IMG/VR virus record: IMGVR_UViG_2537562223_000006
Direction: 5' to 3' (one strand)
DNA from: a virus
Taxonomy: Duplodnaviria > Heunggongvirae > Uroviricota > Caudoviricetes
Length of the DNA: 46,570 nucleotides
The position numbers were made by a program, and so were the translations under genes. Numbering within the stretch: position 1 is the stretch's first letter; the number at the start of each line of letters is the position of its first letter. Shown one piece after another: positions 31,802 to 42,584 of the stretch. The notes under the pieces are model-generated. The model saw only the letters and a program-made list of their open reading frames with translations. It was not told the DNA's origin and did not search any database.

Positions 31802-32542
31802 ATGCCTGTACCAAATCCTACAATGCCGGTGAAAGGTGCCGGGACCACCCTGTGGGTTTATAAGGGGAGCGGTGACCCTTATGCGAACCCGCTTTCAGAC
31901 GTTGACTGGTCGCGTCTGGCAAAAGTTAAAGACCTGACGCCCGGCGAACTGACCGCTGAGTCCTATGACGACAGCTATCTCGATGATAAAGATGCAGACT
32001 GGACTGCGACCGGGCAGGGGCAGAAATCTGCCGGAGATACCAGCTTCACGCTGGCGTGGATGCCCGGAGAGCAGGGGCAGCAGGCGCTGCTGGCGTGGTT
32101 TAATGAAGGTGATACCCGTGCCTATAAAATCCGCTTCCCGAACGGCACGGTCGATGTGTTCCGTGGCTGGGTCAGCAGTATCGGTAAGGCGGTGACGGCG
32201 AAGGAAGTGATTACCCGCACGGTGAAGGTCACCAATGTGGGACGTCCGTCGATGGCAGAAGAGCGCAGCACGGTGACGGCGACAACCGGCATGACGGTGA
32301 CACCCGCCAGTGCTTCCGTAGTGAAAGGGCAGAGCACCACGCTGACCGTGGCATTCCAGCCGGAGGGCGCAACCGACAAGAGCTTCCGTGCGGTGTCTGC
32401 GGATAAAACAAAAGCCACCGTGTCGGTCAGTGGTATGACCATCACCGTGAAAGGTGTTGCTGCAGGCAAGGTCAACATTCCGGTCGTATCCGGTAATGGT
32501 GAGTTTGCTGCGGTTGCAGAAATCAACGTCACCGCCAGTTAA
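31802..32542 (+). CDS. V: Major tail tube protein V (C-terminal Ig-like domain)
   Basis: 246 aa from [42 protein letters not shown].. Confidence 0.97.
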   Translation: MPVPNPTMPVKGAGTTLWVYKGSGDPYANPLSDVDWSRLAKVKDLTPGELTAESYDDSYLDDKDADWTATGQGQKSAGDTSFTLAWMPGEQGQQALLAWFNEGDTRAYKIRFPNGTVDVFRGWVSSIGKAVTAKEVITRTVKVTNVGRPSMAEERSTVTATTGMTVTPASASVVKGQSTTLTVAFQPEGATDKSFRAVSADKTKATVSVSGMTITVKGVAAGKVNIPVVSGNGEFAAVAEINVTAS

Positions 32543-32557
32543 TCCGGAGAGTCAGCG

Positions 32558-32980
32558 ATGTTCCTGAAAACCGAATCATTTGAACATAACGGTGTGACCG
32601 TCACGCTTTCTGAACTGTCAGCCCTGCAGCGTATTGAGCATCTCGCCCTGATGAAACGGCAGGCAGAACAGGCGGAGTCAGACAGCAACCGGAAGTTTAC
32701 TGTGGAAGACGCCATCAGAACCGGCGCGTTTCTGGTGGCGATGTCCCTGTGGCATAACCATCCGCAGAAGACGCAGATGCCGTCCATGAATGAAGCCGTT
32801 AAACAGATTGAGCAGGAAGTGCTTACCACCTGGCCCACGGAGGCAATTTCTCATGCTGAAAACGTGGTGTACCGGCTGTCTGGTATGTATGAGTTTGTGG
32901 TGAATAATGCCCCTGAACAGACAGAGGACGCCGGGCCCGCAGAGCCTGTTTCTGCGGGAAAGTGTTCGACGGTGAGCTGA
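32558..32980 (+). CDS. G: Tail assembly chaperone G
   Basis: 140 aa MFLKTESFEHNGVTVTLSELSALQRIEHLALMKRQAEQAESDS.. Confidence 0.95.
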   Translation: MFLKTESFEHNGVTVTLSELSALQRIEHLALMKRQAEQAESDSNRKFTVEDAIRTGAFLVAMSLWHNHPQKTQMPSMNEAVKQIEQEVLTTWPTEAISHAENVVYRLSGMYEFVVNNAPEQTEDAGPAEPVSAGKCSTVS

Positions 32981-33396
32981 GTTTTGCCCTGAAACTGGCG
33001 CGTGAGATGGGGCGACCCGACTGGCGTGCCATGCTTGCCGGGATGTCATCCACGGAGTATGCCGACTGGCACCGCTTTTACAGTACCCATTATTTTCATG
33101 ATGTTCTGCTGGATATGCACTTTTCCGGGCTGACGTACACCGTGCTCAGCCTGTTTTTCAGCGATCCGGATATGCATCCGCTGGATTTCAGTTTGCTGAA
33201 CCGGCGTGAGGCTGACGAAGAGCCTGAAGATGATGTGCTGATGCAGAAAGCGGCAGGGCTTGCCGGAGGTGTCCGCTTTGGCCCGGACGGGAATGAAGTT
33301 ATCCCTACTTCCCCGGATGTGGCGGACATGACGGAGGATGACGTAATGCTGATGACAGTATCAGAAGGGATCGCAGGAGGAGTCCGGTATGGCTGA
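32558..33396 (+). CDS. T: Tail assembly chaperone G-T fusion via programmed -1 frameshift at GGGAAAG (32956-32962)
   Basis: Slippery heptamer G_GGA_AAG near the 3' end of G; -1 frame continues as the T ORF (..FDGELSFALKLAREMGRPDWRAMLAGMSSTEYADWHRFYS..) to 33396. Confidence 0.9.
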
Positions 33397-35950
33397 ACCG
33401 GTAGGCGATCTGGTCGTTGATTTGAGTCTGGATGCGGCCAGATTTGACGAGCAGATGGCCAGAGTCAGGCGTCATTTTTCCGGTACGGAAAGTGATGCGA
33501 AAAAAACAGCGGCAGTCGTTGAACAGTCGATGAACCGGCAGGCGCTGGCTGCACAGAAAGCGGGAATTTCCGTCGGGCAGTATAAAGCCGCCATGCGTAT
33601 GCTGCCTGCGCAGTTCACTGACGTGGCCACGCAGCTTGCAGGCGGGCAAAGTCCGTGGCTGATCCTGCTGCAACAGGGGGGTCAGGTGAAGGACTCCTTC
33701 GGCGGGATGATCCCCATGTTCCGGGGGCTTGCCGGTGCGATCACCCTGCCGATGGTGGGGGCCACCTCGCTGGCGGTGGCGACCGGTGCGCTGGCGTATG
33801 CCTGGTATCAGGGCAACTCAACCCTGTCCGATTTCAACAAAACGCTGGTCCTTTCCGGCAATCAGGCCGGGCTGACGGCAGATCGTATGCTGGTCCTGTC
33901 CAGAGCCGGGCAGGCGGCAGGGCTGACGTTTAACCAGACCAGCGAGTCACTCAGCGCACTGGTTAAGGCGGGGGTAAGCGGTGAGGCTCAGATTGCGTCC
34001 ATCAGCCAGAGTGTGGCGCGTTTCTCCTCTGCATCCGGCGTGGAGGTGGACAAGGTCGCTGAAGCCTTCGGGAAGCTGACCACTGACCCGACGTCGGGGC
34101 TGACAGCGATGGCGCGCCAGTTCCATAACGTGACGGCGGAGCAGATTGCGTATGTTGCTCAGTTGCAGCGTTCCGGCGAAGAAGCCGGGGCATTGCAGGC
34201 GGCGAACGAGGCCGCGACGAAAGGGTTTGATGACCAGACCCGCCGCCTGAAAGAGAACATGGGCACGCTGGAAACCTGGGCAGACAGGACAGCACGGGCA
34301 TTCAAATCCATGTGGGATGCGGTGCTGGATATTGGTCGTCCTGATACCGCGCAGGAGATGCTGATTAAGGCAGAGGCCGCGTTTAAGAAAGCGGACGATA
34401 TCTGGAATCTGCGCAAGGATGATTATTTTGTTAACGATGAAGCGCGGGCGCGTTACTGGGATGATCGTGAAAAGGCCCGTCTTGCGCTTGAAGTCGCCCG
34501 AAAGAAGGCTGAGCAGCAGAGTCAACAGGACAAAAATGCGCAGCAGCAGAGCGATACCGAAGCGTCACGGCTGAAATATACCGAAGAGGCGCAGAAGGCT
34601 TACGAACGGCTGCAGACGCCGCTGGAGAAATATACCGCCCGTCAGGAAGAACTGAACAAGGCACTGAAAGACGGGAAAATCCTGCAGGCGGATTACAACA
34701 CGCTGATGGCGGCGGCGAAAAAGGATTATGAAGCGACGCTGAAAAAGCCGAAACAGTCCGGCGTGAAGGTGTCTGCGGGCGATCGTCAGGAAGACAGTGC
34801 TCATGCTGCCCTGCTGACGCTTCAGGCAGAACTCCGGACGCTGGAGAAGCATGCCGGAGCAAATGAGAAAATCAGCCAGCAGCGCCGGGATTTGTGGAAG
34901 GCGGAGAGTCAGTTCGCGGTACTGGAGGAGGCGGCGCAACGTCGCCAGCTGTCTGCACAGGAGAAATCCCTGCTGGCGCATAAAGATGAGACGCTGGAGT
35001 ACAAACGCCAGCTGGCTGCACTTGGCGACAAGGTTACGTATCAGGAGCGCCTGAACGCGCTGGCGCAGCAGGCGGATAAATTCGCACAGCAGCAACGGGC
35101 AAAACGGGCCGCCATTGATGCGAAAAGCCGGGGGCTGACTGACCGGCAGGCAGAACGGGAAGCCACGGAACAGCGCCTGAAGGAACAGTATGGCGATAAT
35201 CCGCTGGCGCTGAATAACGTCATGTCAGAGCAGAAAAAGACCTGGGCGGCTGAAGACCAGCTTCGCGGGAGCTGGATGGCAGGCCTGAAGTCCGGCTGGA
35301 GTGAGTGGGAAGAGAGCGCCACGGACAGTATGTCGCAGGTAAAAAGTGCAGCCACGCAGACCTTTGATGGTATTGCACAGAATATGGCGGCGATGCTGAC
35401 CGGCAGTGAGCAGAACTGGCGCAGCTTCACCCGTTCCGTGCTGTCCATGATGACAGAAATTCTGCTTAAGCAGGCAATGGTGGGGATTGTCGGGAGTATC
35501 GGCAGCGCCATTGGCGGGGCTGTTGGTGGCGGCGCATCCGCGTCAGGCGGTACAGCCATTCAGGCCGCTGCGGCGAAATTCCATTTTGCAACCGGAGGAT
35601 TTACGGGAACCGGCGGCAAATATGAGCCAGCGGGGATTGTTCACCGTGGTGAATTTGTCTTCACGAAGGAGGCAACCAGCCGGATTGGCGTGGGGAATCT
35701 TTACCGGCTGATGCGCGGCTATGCCACCGGCGGTTATGTCGGTACACCGGGCAGCATGGCAGACAGCCGGTCGCAGGCGTCCGGGACGTTTGAGCAGAAT
35801 AACCATGTGGTGATTAACAACGACGGCACGAACGGGCAGATAGGTCCGGCTGCTCTGAAGGCGGTGTATGACATGGCCCGCAAGGGTGCCCGTGATGAAA
35901 TTCAGACACAGATGCGTGATGGTGGCCTGTTCTCCGGAGGTGGACGATGA
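33389..35950 (+). CDS. H: Tape measure protein H
   Basis: 853 aa MAEPVGDLVVDLSLDAARFDEQMARVRRHFSGTESDAKKTAAVVEQ..; same length as lambda H. Confidence 0.97.
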   Translation: MAEPVGDLVVDLSLDAARFDEQMARVRRHFSGTESDAKKTAAVVEQSMNRQALAAQKAGISVGQYKAAMRMLPAQFTDVATQLAGGQSPWLILLQQGGQVKDSFGGMIPMFRGLAGAITLPMVGATSLAVATGALAYAWYQGNSTLSDFNKTLVLSGNQAGLTADRMLVLSRAGQAAGLTFNQTSESLSALVKAGVSGEAQIASISQSVARFSSASGVEVDKVAEAFGKLTTDPTSGLTAMARQFHNVTAEQIAYVAQLQRSGEEAGALQAANEAATKGFDDQTRRLKENMGTLETWADRTARAFKSMWDAVLDIGRPDTAQEMLIKAEAAFKKADDIWNLRKDDYFVNDEARARYWDDREKARLALEVARKKAEQQSQQDKNAQQQSDTEASRLKYTEEAQKAYERLQTPLEKYTARQEELNKALKDGKILQADYNTLMAAAKKDYEATLKKPKQSGVKVSAGDRQEDSAHAALLTLQAELRTLEKHAGANEKISQQRRDLWKAESQFAVLEEAAQRRQLSAQEKSLLAHKDETLEYKRQLAALGDKVTYQERLNALAQQADKFAQQQRAKRAAIDAKSRGLTDRQAEREATEQRLKEQYGDNPLALNNVMSEQKKTWAAEDQLRGSWMAGLKSGWSEWEESATDSMSQVKSAATQTFDGIAQNMAAMLTGSEQNWRSFTRSVLSMMTEILLKQAMVGIVGSIGSAIGGAVGGGASASGGTAIQAAAAKFHFATGGFTGTGGKYEPAGIVHRGEFVFTKEATSRIGVGNLYRLMRGYATGGYVGTPGSMADSRSQASGTFEQNNHVVINNDGTNGQIGPAALKAVYDMARKGARDEIQTQMRDGGLFSGGGR

Positions 35951-36276
35951 AGACCTTCCGCTGGAAAGTGAAACCCGGTATGGATGTGGCTTCGGTCCCT
36001 TCTGTAAGAAAGGTGCGCTTTGGTGATGGCTATTCTCAGCGAGCGCCTGCCGGGCTGAATGCCAACCTGAAAACGTACAGCGTGACGCTTTCTGTCCCCC
36101 GTGAGGAGGCCACGGTACTGGAGTCGTTTCTGGAAGAGCACGGGGGCTGGAAATCCTTTCTGTGGACGCCGCCTTATGAGTGGCGGCAGATAAAGGTGAC
36201 CTGCGCAAAATGGTCGTCGCGGGTCAGTATGTTGCGTGTTGAGTTCAGCGCAGAGTTTGAACAGGTGGTGAACTGA
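35947..36276 (+). CDS. M: Tail tip protein M
   Basis: 109 aa MKTFRWKVKPGMDVASVPSVRKVRFGDGYSQRAPAGLNANLKTYSVTLSVPREEATVLESFLEEHGGWKSF.. Confidence 0.95.
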   Translation: MKTFRWKVKPGMDVASVPSVRKVRFGDGYSQRAPAGLNANLKTYSVTLSVPREEATVLESFLEEHGGWKSFLWTPPYEWRQIKVTCAKWSSRVSMLRVEFSAEFEQVVN

Positions 36277-36974
36277 TGCAGGATATCCGGCAGGAAACAC
36301 TGAATGAATGCACCCGTGCGGAGCAGTCGGCCAGCGTGGTGCTCTGGGAAATCGACCTGACAGAGGTCGGTGGAGAACGTTATTTTTTCTGTAATGAGCA
36401 GAACGAAAAAGGTGAGCCGGTCACCTGGCAGGGGCGACAGTATCAGCCGTATCCCATTCAGGGGAGCGGTTTTGAACTGAATGGCAAAGGCACCAGTACG
36501 CGCCCCACGCTGACGGTTTCTAACCTGTACGGTATGGTCACCGGGATGGCGGAAGATATGCAGAGTCTGGTCGGCGGAACGGTGGTCCGGCGTAAGGTTT
36601 ACGCCCGTTTTCTGGATGCGGTGAACTTCGTCAACGGAAACAGTTACGCCGATCCGGAGCAGGAGGTGATCAGCCGCTGGCGCATTGAGCAGTGCAGCGA
36701 ACTGAGCGCGGTGAGTGCCTCCTTTGTACTGTCCACGCCGACGGAAACGGATGGCGCTGTTTTTCCGGGACGTATCATGCTGGCCAACACCTGCACCTGG
36801 ACCTATCGCGGTGACGAGTGCGGTTATAGCGGTCCGGCTGTCGCGGATGAATATGACCAGCCAACGTCCGATATCACGAAGGATAAATGCAGCAAATGCC
36901 TGAGCGGTTGTAAGTTCCGCAATAACGTCGGCAACTTTGGCGGCTTCCTTTCCATTAACAAACTTTCGCAGTAA
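36276..36974 (+). CDS. L: Tail tip protein L
   Basis: 232 aa MQDIRQETLNECTRAEQSASVVLWEIDLTEVGGERYFFCNEQNEKGEPVTWQGRQYQPYPIQ.. Confidence 0.95.
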   Translation: MQDIRQETLNECTRAEQSASVVLWEIDLTEVGGERYFFCNEQNEKGEPVTWQGRQYQPYPIQGSGFELNGKGTSTRPTLTVSNLYGMVTGMAEDMQSLVGGTVVRRKVYARFLDAVNFVNGNSYADPEQEVISRWRIEQCSELSAVSASFVLSTPTETDGAVFPGRIMLANTCTWTYRGDECGYSGPAVADEYDQPTSDITKDKCSKCLSGCKFRNNVGNFGGFLSINKLSQ

Positions 36975-36979
36975 ATCCC

Positions 36980-37723
36980 ATGACACAGACAGAATCAGCG
37001 ATTCTGGCGCACGCCCGGCGATGTGCGCCAGCGGAGTCGTGCGGCTTCGTGGTAAGCACGCCGGAGGGGGAAAGATATTTTCCCTGCGTGAATATCTCCG
37101 GTGAGCCGGAGGCGTATTTCCGTATGTCGCCGGAAGACTGGCTGCAGGCAGAAATGCAGGGTGAGATTGTGGCGCTGGTCCACAGCCACCCCGGTGGTCT
37201 GCCCTGGCTGAGTGAGGCCGACCGGCGGCTGCAGGTGCAGAGTGATTTGCCGTGGTGGCTGGTCTGCCGGGGGACGATTCATAAGTTCCGCTGTGTGCCG
37301 CATCTCACCGGGCGGCGCTTTGAGCACGGTGTGACGGACTGTTACACACTGTTCCGGGATGCTTATCATCTGGCGGGGATTGAGATGCCGGACTTTTATC
37401 GTGAGGATGACTGGTGGCGTAACGGCCAGAATCTCTATCTGGATAATCTGGAGGCGACGGGGCTGTATCAGGTGCCGTTGTCAGCGGCACAGCCGGGCGA
37501 TGTGCTGCTGTGCTGTTTTGGTTCATCAGTGCCGAATCACGCCGCAATTTACTGCGGCGACGGCGAGCTGCTGCACCATATTCCTGAACAACTGAGCAAA
37601 CGAGAGAGGTACACCGACAAATGGCAGCGACGCACACACTCCCTCTGGCGTCACCGGGCATGGCGCGCATCTGCCTTTACGGGGATTTACAACGATTTGG
37701 TCGCCGCATCGACCTTCGTGTGA
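36980..37723 (+). CDS. K: Tail tip assembly protein K (MPN/JAB + NlpC/P60 domains); full ORF from ATG 36980, classical 199-aa start would be ATG 37124
   Basis: In-frame 48-codon N-terminal extension (MTQTESAILAHARRCAPAESCGFVVSTPEGERYF..) before MSPEDWLQAEMQGEIVALVHSHPGG.. Confidence 0.85.
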   Translation: MTQTESAILAHARRCAPAESCGFVVSTPEGERYFPCVNISGEPEAYFRMSPEDWLQAEMQGEIVALVHSHPGGLPWLSEADRRLQVQSDLPWWLVCRGTIHKFRCVPHLTGRRFEHGVTDCYTLFRDAYHLAGIEMPDFYREDDWWRNGQNLYLDNLEATGLYQVPLSAAQPGDVLLCCFGSSVPNHAAIYCGDGELLHHIPEQLSKRERYTDKWQRRTHSLWRHRAWRASAFTGIYNDLVAASTFV

Positions 37724-38292
37724 AAACGGGGGCTGAAGCCATCCGGGCACTGGCCACACAGCTCCCGGCGTTTCGTCAGAAACTGAGCGACGGCTGGTAT
37801 CAGGTACGGATTGCCGGGCGGGACGTCAGCACGTCCGGGTTAACGGCGCAGTTACATGAGACTCTGCCTGATGGCGCTGTGATTCATATTGTTCCCAGAG
37901 TCGCCGGGGCCAAGTCAGGTGGCGTATTCCAGATTGTCCTGGGGGCTGCCGCCATTGCCGGATCATTCTTTACCGCCGGAGCCACCCTTGCAGCATGGGG
38001 GGCAGCCATTGGGACCGGTGGTATGACCGGCATCCTGTTTTCTCTCGGTGCCAGTATGGTGCTCGGTGGTGTGGCGCAGATGCTGGCACCGAAAGCCAGA
38101 ACTCCCCGTACACAGACAACGGATAACGGTAAGCAGAACACCTATTTCTCCTCACTGGATAACATGGTTGCCCAGGGCAATGTTCTGCCTGTTCTGTACG
38201 GGGAAATGCGCGTGGGGTCTCGCGTGGTTTCTCAGGAGATCAGCACGGCAGACGAAGGGGACGGTGGTCAGGTTGTGGTGATTGGTCGCTGA
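37621..38292 (+). CDS. I: Tail tip assembly protein I
   Basis: 223 aa MAATHTLPLASPGMARICLYGDLQRFGRRIDLRVKTGAEAIRALATQLPAFRQKLSDGWYQVRIAGRD.. Confidence 0.95.
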   Translation: MAATHTLPLASPGMARICLYGDLQRFGRRIDLRVKTGAEAIRALATQLPAFRQKLSDGWYQVRIAGRDVSTSGLTAQLHETLPDGAVIHIVPRVAGAKSGGVFQIVLGAAAIAGSFFTAGATLAAWGAAIGTGGMTGILFSLGASMVLGGVAQMLAPKARTPRTQTTDNGKQNTYFSSLDNMVAQGNVLPVLYGEMRVGSRVVSQEISTADEGDGGQVVVIGR

Positions 38293-38352
38293 TGCAAAAT
38301 GTTTTATGTGAAACCGCCTGCGGGCGGTTTTGTCATTTATGGAGCGTGAGGA

Positions 38353-41300
38353 ATGGGTAAAGGCAGCAGTAAGGGGCATACCCCGCGCGAAGCGAAGGAC
38401 AACCTGAAGTCCACGCAGCTGCTGAGTGTGATCGATGCCATCAGCGAAGGGCCGGTTGAAGGTCCGGTGGATGGATTAAAAAGCGTGCTGCTGAACAGTA
38501 CGCCGGTGCTGGACACTGAGGGGAATACCAACATCTCCGGTGTCACGGTGGTGTTCCGTGCCGGTGAGCAGGAGCAGACACCGCCGGAGGGGTTTGAATC
38601 CTCCGGCTCCGAGACGGTGCTGGGTACGGAAGTGAAATATGACACGCCGATCACCCGCACCATTACGTCTGCAAACATCGACCGTCTGCGCTTTACCTTC
38701 GGCGTGCAGGCACTGGTGGAAACCACCTCAAAGGGGGACCGGAATCCGTCGGAAGTCCGCCTGCTGGTTCAGATCCAGCGTAATGGTGGCTGGGTGACGG
38801 AAAAAGACATCACCATTAAGGGCAAAACCACCTCGCAGTATCTGGCCTCGGTGGTGGTGGGTAACCTACCGCCGCGCCCGTTCAATATACGGATGCGCAG
38901 GATGACGCCGGACAGCACCACAGACCAGCTGCAGAACAAAACGCTCTGGTCGTCATACACCGAAATCATCGATGTGAAACAGTGCTACCCGAACACGGCA
39001 CTGGTCGGCGTGCAGGTGGATTCGGAGCAGTTCGGCAGCCAGCAGGTGAGCCGTAATTATCATCTGCGCGGGCGCATTCTGCAGGTGCCGTCGAACTATA
39101 ACCCGCAGACGCGGCAATACAGCGGTATCTGGGACGGAACGTTTAAGCCAGCATACAGCAACAACATGGCCTGGTGTCTGTGGGATATGCTGACCCATCC
39201 GCGCTACGGCATGGGGAAACGTCTTGGTGCGGCGGATGTGGACAAATGGGCGCTGTATGTCATCGGCCAGCATTGCGATCAGTCGGTGCCGGACGGTTTT
39301 GGCGGCACGGAGCCGCGCATCACCTGTAATGCGTACCTGACCACACAGCGCAAGGCGTGGGATGTGCTCAGTGATTTCTGCTCTGCGATGCGCTGTATGC
39401 CGGTATGGAACGGGCAGACGCTGACGTTCGTGCAGGACCGACCGTCGGATAAGGTGTGGACCTATAACCGCAGTAATGTGGTGATGCCGGATGATGGTGC
39501 GCCGTTCCGCTACAGCTTCAGCGCCCTGAAGGACCGCCATAATGCCGTTGAGGTGAACTGGATTGACCCGAATAACGGCTGGGAGACGGCGACAGAGCTT
39601 GTGGAGGACACGCAGGCCATTGCCCGTTACGGTCGTAACGTCACGAAGATGGATGCTTTTGGCTGTACCAGCCGGGGGCAGGCACACCGCGCCGGGCTGT
39701 GGCTGATTAAAACAGAACTGCTGGAAACGCAGACCGTGGACTTCAGCGTGGGTGCCGAAGGGCTTCGCCATGTACCGGGCGATGTCATTGAAATCTGCGA
39801 TGATGACTATGCCGGTATCCGCACCGGCGGGCGCGTGCTGGCGGTAAACAGCCAGACCCGGACGCTGACGCTCGACCGTGAAATCACGCTGCCATCTTCC
39901 GGCACCACGCTGATAAGCCTGGTTGACGGGCAGGGGAGTCCGGTCAGCGTGGAGGTTCAGTCCGTCACCGACGGCGTGAAGGTGAAAGTGAGCCGTGTTC
40001 CTGACGGCGTTGCTGAATACAGCGTATGGGGGCTGAAGCTGCCGACGTTGCGCCAGCGCCTGTTCCGCTGCGTGAGTATCCGTGAGAACGACGACGGCAC
40101 GTATGCCATCACCGCCGTGCAGCATGTACCGGAAAAAGAGGCCATCGTGGATAACGGGGCGCACTTTGACGGCGACCAGAGCGGCACGGTAAATGGTGTC
40201 ACGCCGCCAGCGGTGCAGCACCTGACCGCAGAAGTCACCGCAGACAGCGGGGAATACCAGGTGCTGGCGCGCTGGGACACGCCGAAGGTGGTGAAGGGCG
40301 TGAGCTTCCTGCTTCGCCTGACCGTGGCAGCGGATGACGGCCGTGAGCGGCTGGTCAGCACGGCCCGGACGACGGAAACCACTTACCGCTTCACACAACT
40401 GGCTCTGGGGAACTACAGGCTGACAGTCCGGGCAGTAAATGCGTGGGGGCAGCAGGGCGATCCGGCGTCGGTATCGTTCCGGATTGCCGCACCGGCAGCG
40501 CCGTCGCGGATTGAGCTGACGCCGGGCTATTTTCAGATAACCGCCACGCCGCATCTTGCGGTTTATGACCCGACGGTACAGTTTGAGTTCTGGTTCTCGG
40601 AAAAACGGATTGCGGATATCAGGCAGGTTGAAACCAGCGCGCGTTATCTTGGTACGGCACTGTACTGGATAGCTGCCAGTATCAATATCAAACCGGGCCA
40701 TGATTATTATTTTTACGTTCGCAGTGTGAACACCGTTGGCAAATCGGCATTCGTGGAGGCTGTCGGTCAGCCGAGTGATGATGCATCAGGCTATCTGGAT
40801 TTTTTCAAAGGCGAGATAGGGAAAACCCATCTGGCTCAGGAGCTGTGGACGCAGATTGATAACGGTCAGCTTGCGCCTGACCTGACTGAAATCAGGACGT
40901 CCATAACGGATGTCAGCAATGAAATAACACAGACCGTCAATAAGAAACTGGAAGACCAGAGTGCAGCGATCCAGCAGATACAGAAGGTTCAGGTTGATAC
41001 AAATAATAACCTGAACAGCATGTGGGCAGTGAAGCTGCAGCAGATGCAGGACGGACGCCTTTATATTGCGGGTATCGGTGCCGGTATTGAGAACACCCCT
41101 GACGGCATGCAGAGTCAGGTGCTGCTGGCAGCAGACAGGATTGCGATGATTAATCCTGCGAATGGCAACACAAAGCCGATGTTTGTTGGTCAGGGCGATC
41201 AGATATTCATGAATGAAGTGTTCCTGAAACGCCTGACGGCTCCCACCATTACCAGCGGTGGAAATCCGCCGGCATTTTCCCTGACACCGGACGGAAAGCT

Positions 41301-41850
41301 GACCGCTAAAAATGCGGATATCAGTGGCAGTGTGAATGCGAACGCCGGGACGCTCAACAATGTCACGGTAAATGAAAACTGTACGATTAAGGGCATGCTG
41401 GAGGCGACTCAGGTCAGAGGTGACTTCGTTAAAGCTGTATCCAAATCATTCCCGAAACAGGCTGGTACGTGGGGTAATACGGAAACACCAAACGGGACGG
41501 TTACAGTCACCATCAGCGATGATCATAACTTTGACCGTCAAATCATTATTCCGCCCATTATCTTTAACGGAATAGCGTATAGCGATCCGGGAAGTGGTAA
41601 TAACCCGGGAGGTACAAGATACACGGGTTATGGTTTTGAAGTTCGCAAAAACGGCGTATTAATCGCATCCAGAGAAACTAAAGGGGCCATTCCCGGTAGT
41701 TACAGTGCAGTTATTGATATGCCGAGTGGCAGGGGAAGCGTCACTCTGGAGTTTAAGATTTTCCAGAAAGGCAATCAGGGGGCAGGCAATATCACCGACT
41801 GTACGGTGATTGTGACCAAAAAAGCCGCTTCCGGCATCAGTATTCGTTGA
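38353..41850 (+). CDS. J: Central tail fibre / host-specificity protein J (1165 aa; C-terminal receptor-binding region appears divergent from lambda)
   Basis: [58 protein letters not shown]..; collinear with lambda J (1132 aa); last ~150 aa differ from what I recall of lambda. Confidence 0.95.
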   Translation: MGKGSSKGHTPREAKDNLKSTQLLSVIDAISEGPVEGPVDGLKSVLLNSTPVLDTEGNTNISGVTVVFRAGEQEQTPPEGFESSGSETVLGTEVKYDTPITRTITSANIDRLRFTFGVQALVETTSKGDRNPSEVRLLVQIQRNGGWVTEKDITIKGKTTSQYLASVVVGNLPPRPFNIRMRRMTPDSTTDQLQNKTLWSSYTEIIDVKQCYPNTALVGVQVDSEQFGSQQVSRNYHLRGRILQVPSNYNPQTRQYSGIWDGTFKPAYSNNMAWCLWDMLTHPRYGMGKRLGAADVDKWALYVIGQHCDQSVPDGFGGTEPRITCNAYLTTQRKAWDVLSDFCSAMRCMPVWNGQTLTFVQDRPSDKVWTYNRSNVVMPDDGAPFRYSFSALKDRHNAVEVNWIDPNNGWETATELVEDTQAIARYGRNVTKMDAFGCTSRGQAHRAGLWLIKTELLETQTVDFSVGAEGLRHVPGDVIEICDDDYAGIRTGGRVLAVNSQTRTLTLDREITLPSSGTTLISLVDGQGSPVSVEVQSVTDGVKVKVSRVPDGVAEYSVWGLKLPTLRQRLFRCVSIRENDDGTYAITAVQHVPEKEAIVDNGAHFDGDQSGTVNGVTPPAVQHLTAEVTADSGEYQVLARWDTPKVVKGVSFLLRLTVAADDGRERLVSTARTTETTYRFTQLALGNYRLTVRAVNAWGQQGDPASVSFRIAAPAAPSRIELTPGYFQITATPHLAVYDPTVQFEFWFSEKRIADIRQVETSARYLGTALYWIAASINIKPGHDYYFYVRSVNTVGKSAFVEAVGQPSDDASGYLDFFKGEIGKTHLAQELWTQIDNGQLAPDLTEIRTSITDVSNEITQTVNKKLEDQSAAIQQIQKVQVDTNNNLNSMWAVKLQQMQDGRLYIAGIGAGIENTPDGMQSQVLLAADRIAMINPANGNTKPMFVGQGDQIFMNEVFLKRLTAPTITSGGNPPAFSLTPDGKLTAKNADISGSVNANAGTLNNVTVNENCTIKGMLEATQVRGDFVKAVSKSFPKQAGTWGNTETPNGTVTVTISDDHNFDRQIIIPPIIFNGIAYSDPGSGNNPGGTRYTGYGFEVRKNGVLIASRETKGAIPGSYSAVIDMPSGRGSVTLEFKIFQKGNQGAGNITDCTVIVTKKAASGISIR

Positions 41851-41872
41851 AATATTTATAACCCCAATAAAG

Positions 41873-41896
41873 GGCGTCAGGAATGACGCCTTTTTT
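41873..41896 (+). terminator. Rho-independent terminator after J
   Basis: GGCGTCAggaaTGACGCC + TTTTTT. Confidence 0.8.
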
Positions 41897-41920
41897 ATTG
41901 CAGAAAAGCGAGAGGTAATT

Positions 41921-42520
41921 ATGCGTAAAGTTTGTGCAGCAATTTTATCCGCAGCCATTTGTCTGGCCGTATCCGGTGCGCCTGCATGGGCGTCTGAACA
42001 TCAGTCCACGCTGAGCGCGGGGTATCTTCATACCTCGACGAACGTCCCCGGCAGTGATGATCTGAACGGGATTAACGTGAAATACCGTTATGAGTTTACG
42101 GACACACTGGGGCTGGTGACGTCATTCAGCTATGCAGGAGACAAGAATCGCCAGCTTACCCGTTACAGCGATACCCGCTGGCATGAAGATTCCGTGCGTA
42201 ACCGCTGGTTCAGCATGATGGTGGGGCCGTCTGTGCGCGTGAATGAATGGTTCAGCGCGTATGCGATGGCGGGTGTAGCTTACAGCCGTGTGTCGACTTT
42301 CTCCGGGGATTATCTTCGCGTAACTGACAACAAGGGGAAAAAGCACGATGTGCTGACCGGAAGTGATGACGGTCGCCACAGCAACACGTCTCTGGCGTGG
42401 GGGGCTGGCGTGCAGTTTAACCCGACCGAATCCGTGGCCATTGATATTGCTTATGAAGGCTCCGGCAGTGGTGACTGGCGCACTGACGGTTTCATCGTGG
42501 GTGTCGGTTATAAATTCTGA
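41921..42520 (+). CDS. lom: Lom/Ail-family outer-membrane beta-barrel protein (lysogenic conversion)
   Basis: 199 aa; signal peptide [24 protein letters not shown]; C-terminal ..[15 protein letters not shown] as in lambda Lom. Confidence 0.93.
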
Positions 42521-42546
42521 TTAGCCAGGTAACACAGTGTTATGAC

Positions 42547-42573
42547 AGCCCGCCGGTTCAGGCGGGCTTTTTT
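42547..42573 (+). terminator. Rho-independent terminator after lom
   Basis: AGCCCGCCggttcagGCGGGCT + TTTTT. Confidence 0.8.
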
Positions 42574-42584
42574 GTGGGGTGAAT

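Noticed and set aside
33947-36208. Several 100-220-aa reverse-strand ORFs inside H and M (e.g. 34565-35095, 35041-35559, 35543-36208)
   Set aside because: All overlap well-supported tail genes on the plus strand and show low-complexity Arg/Pro/Ala-rich translations; antisense artefacts.
38953-40701. 582-aa reverse-strand ORF antisense to J
   Set aside because: It lies wholly inside J, which is collinear with lambda J; the translation is Arg/His/Pro-rich and low-complexity, as expected for an open antisense frame in GC-rich coding DNA.
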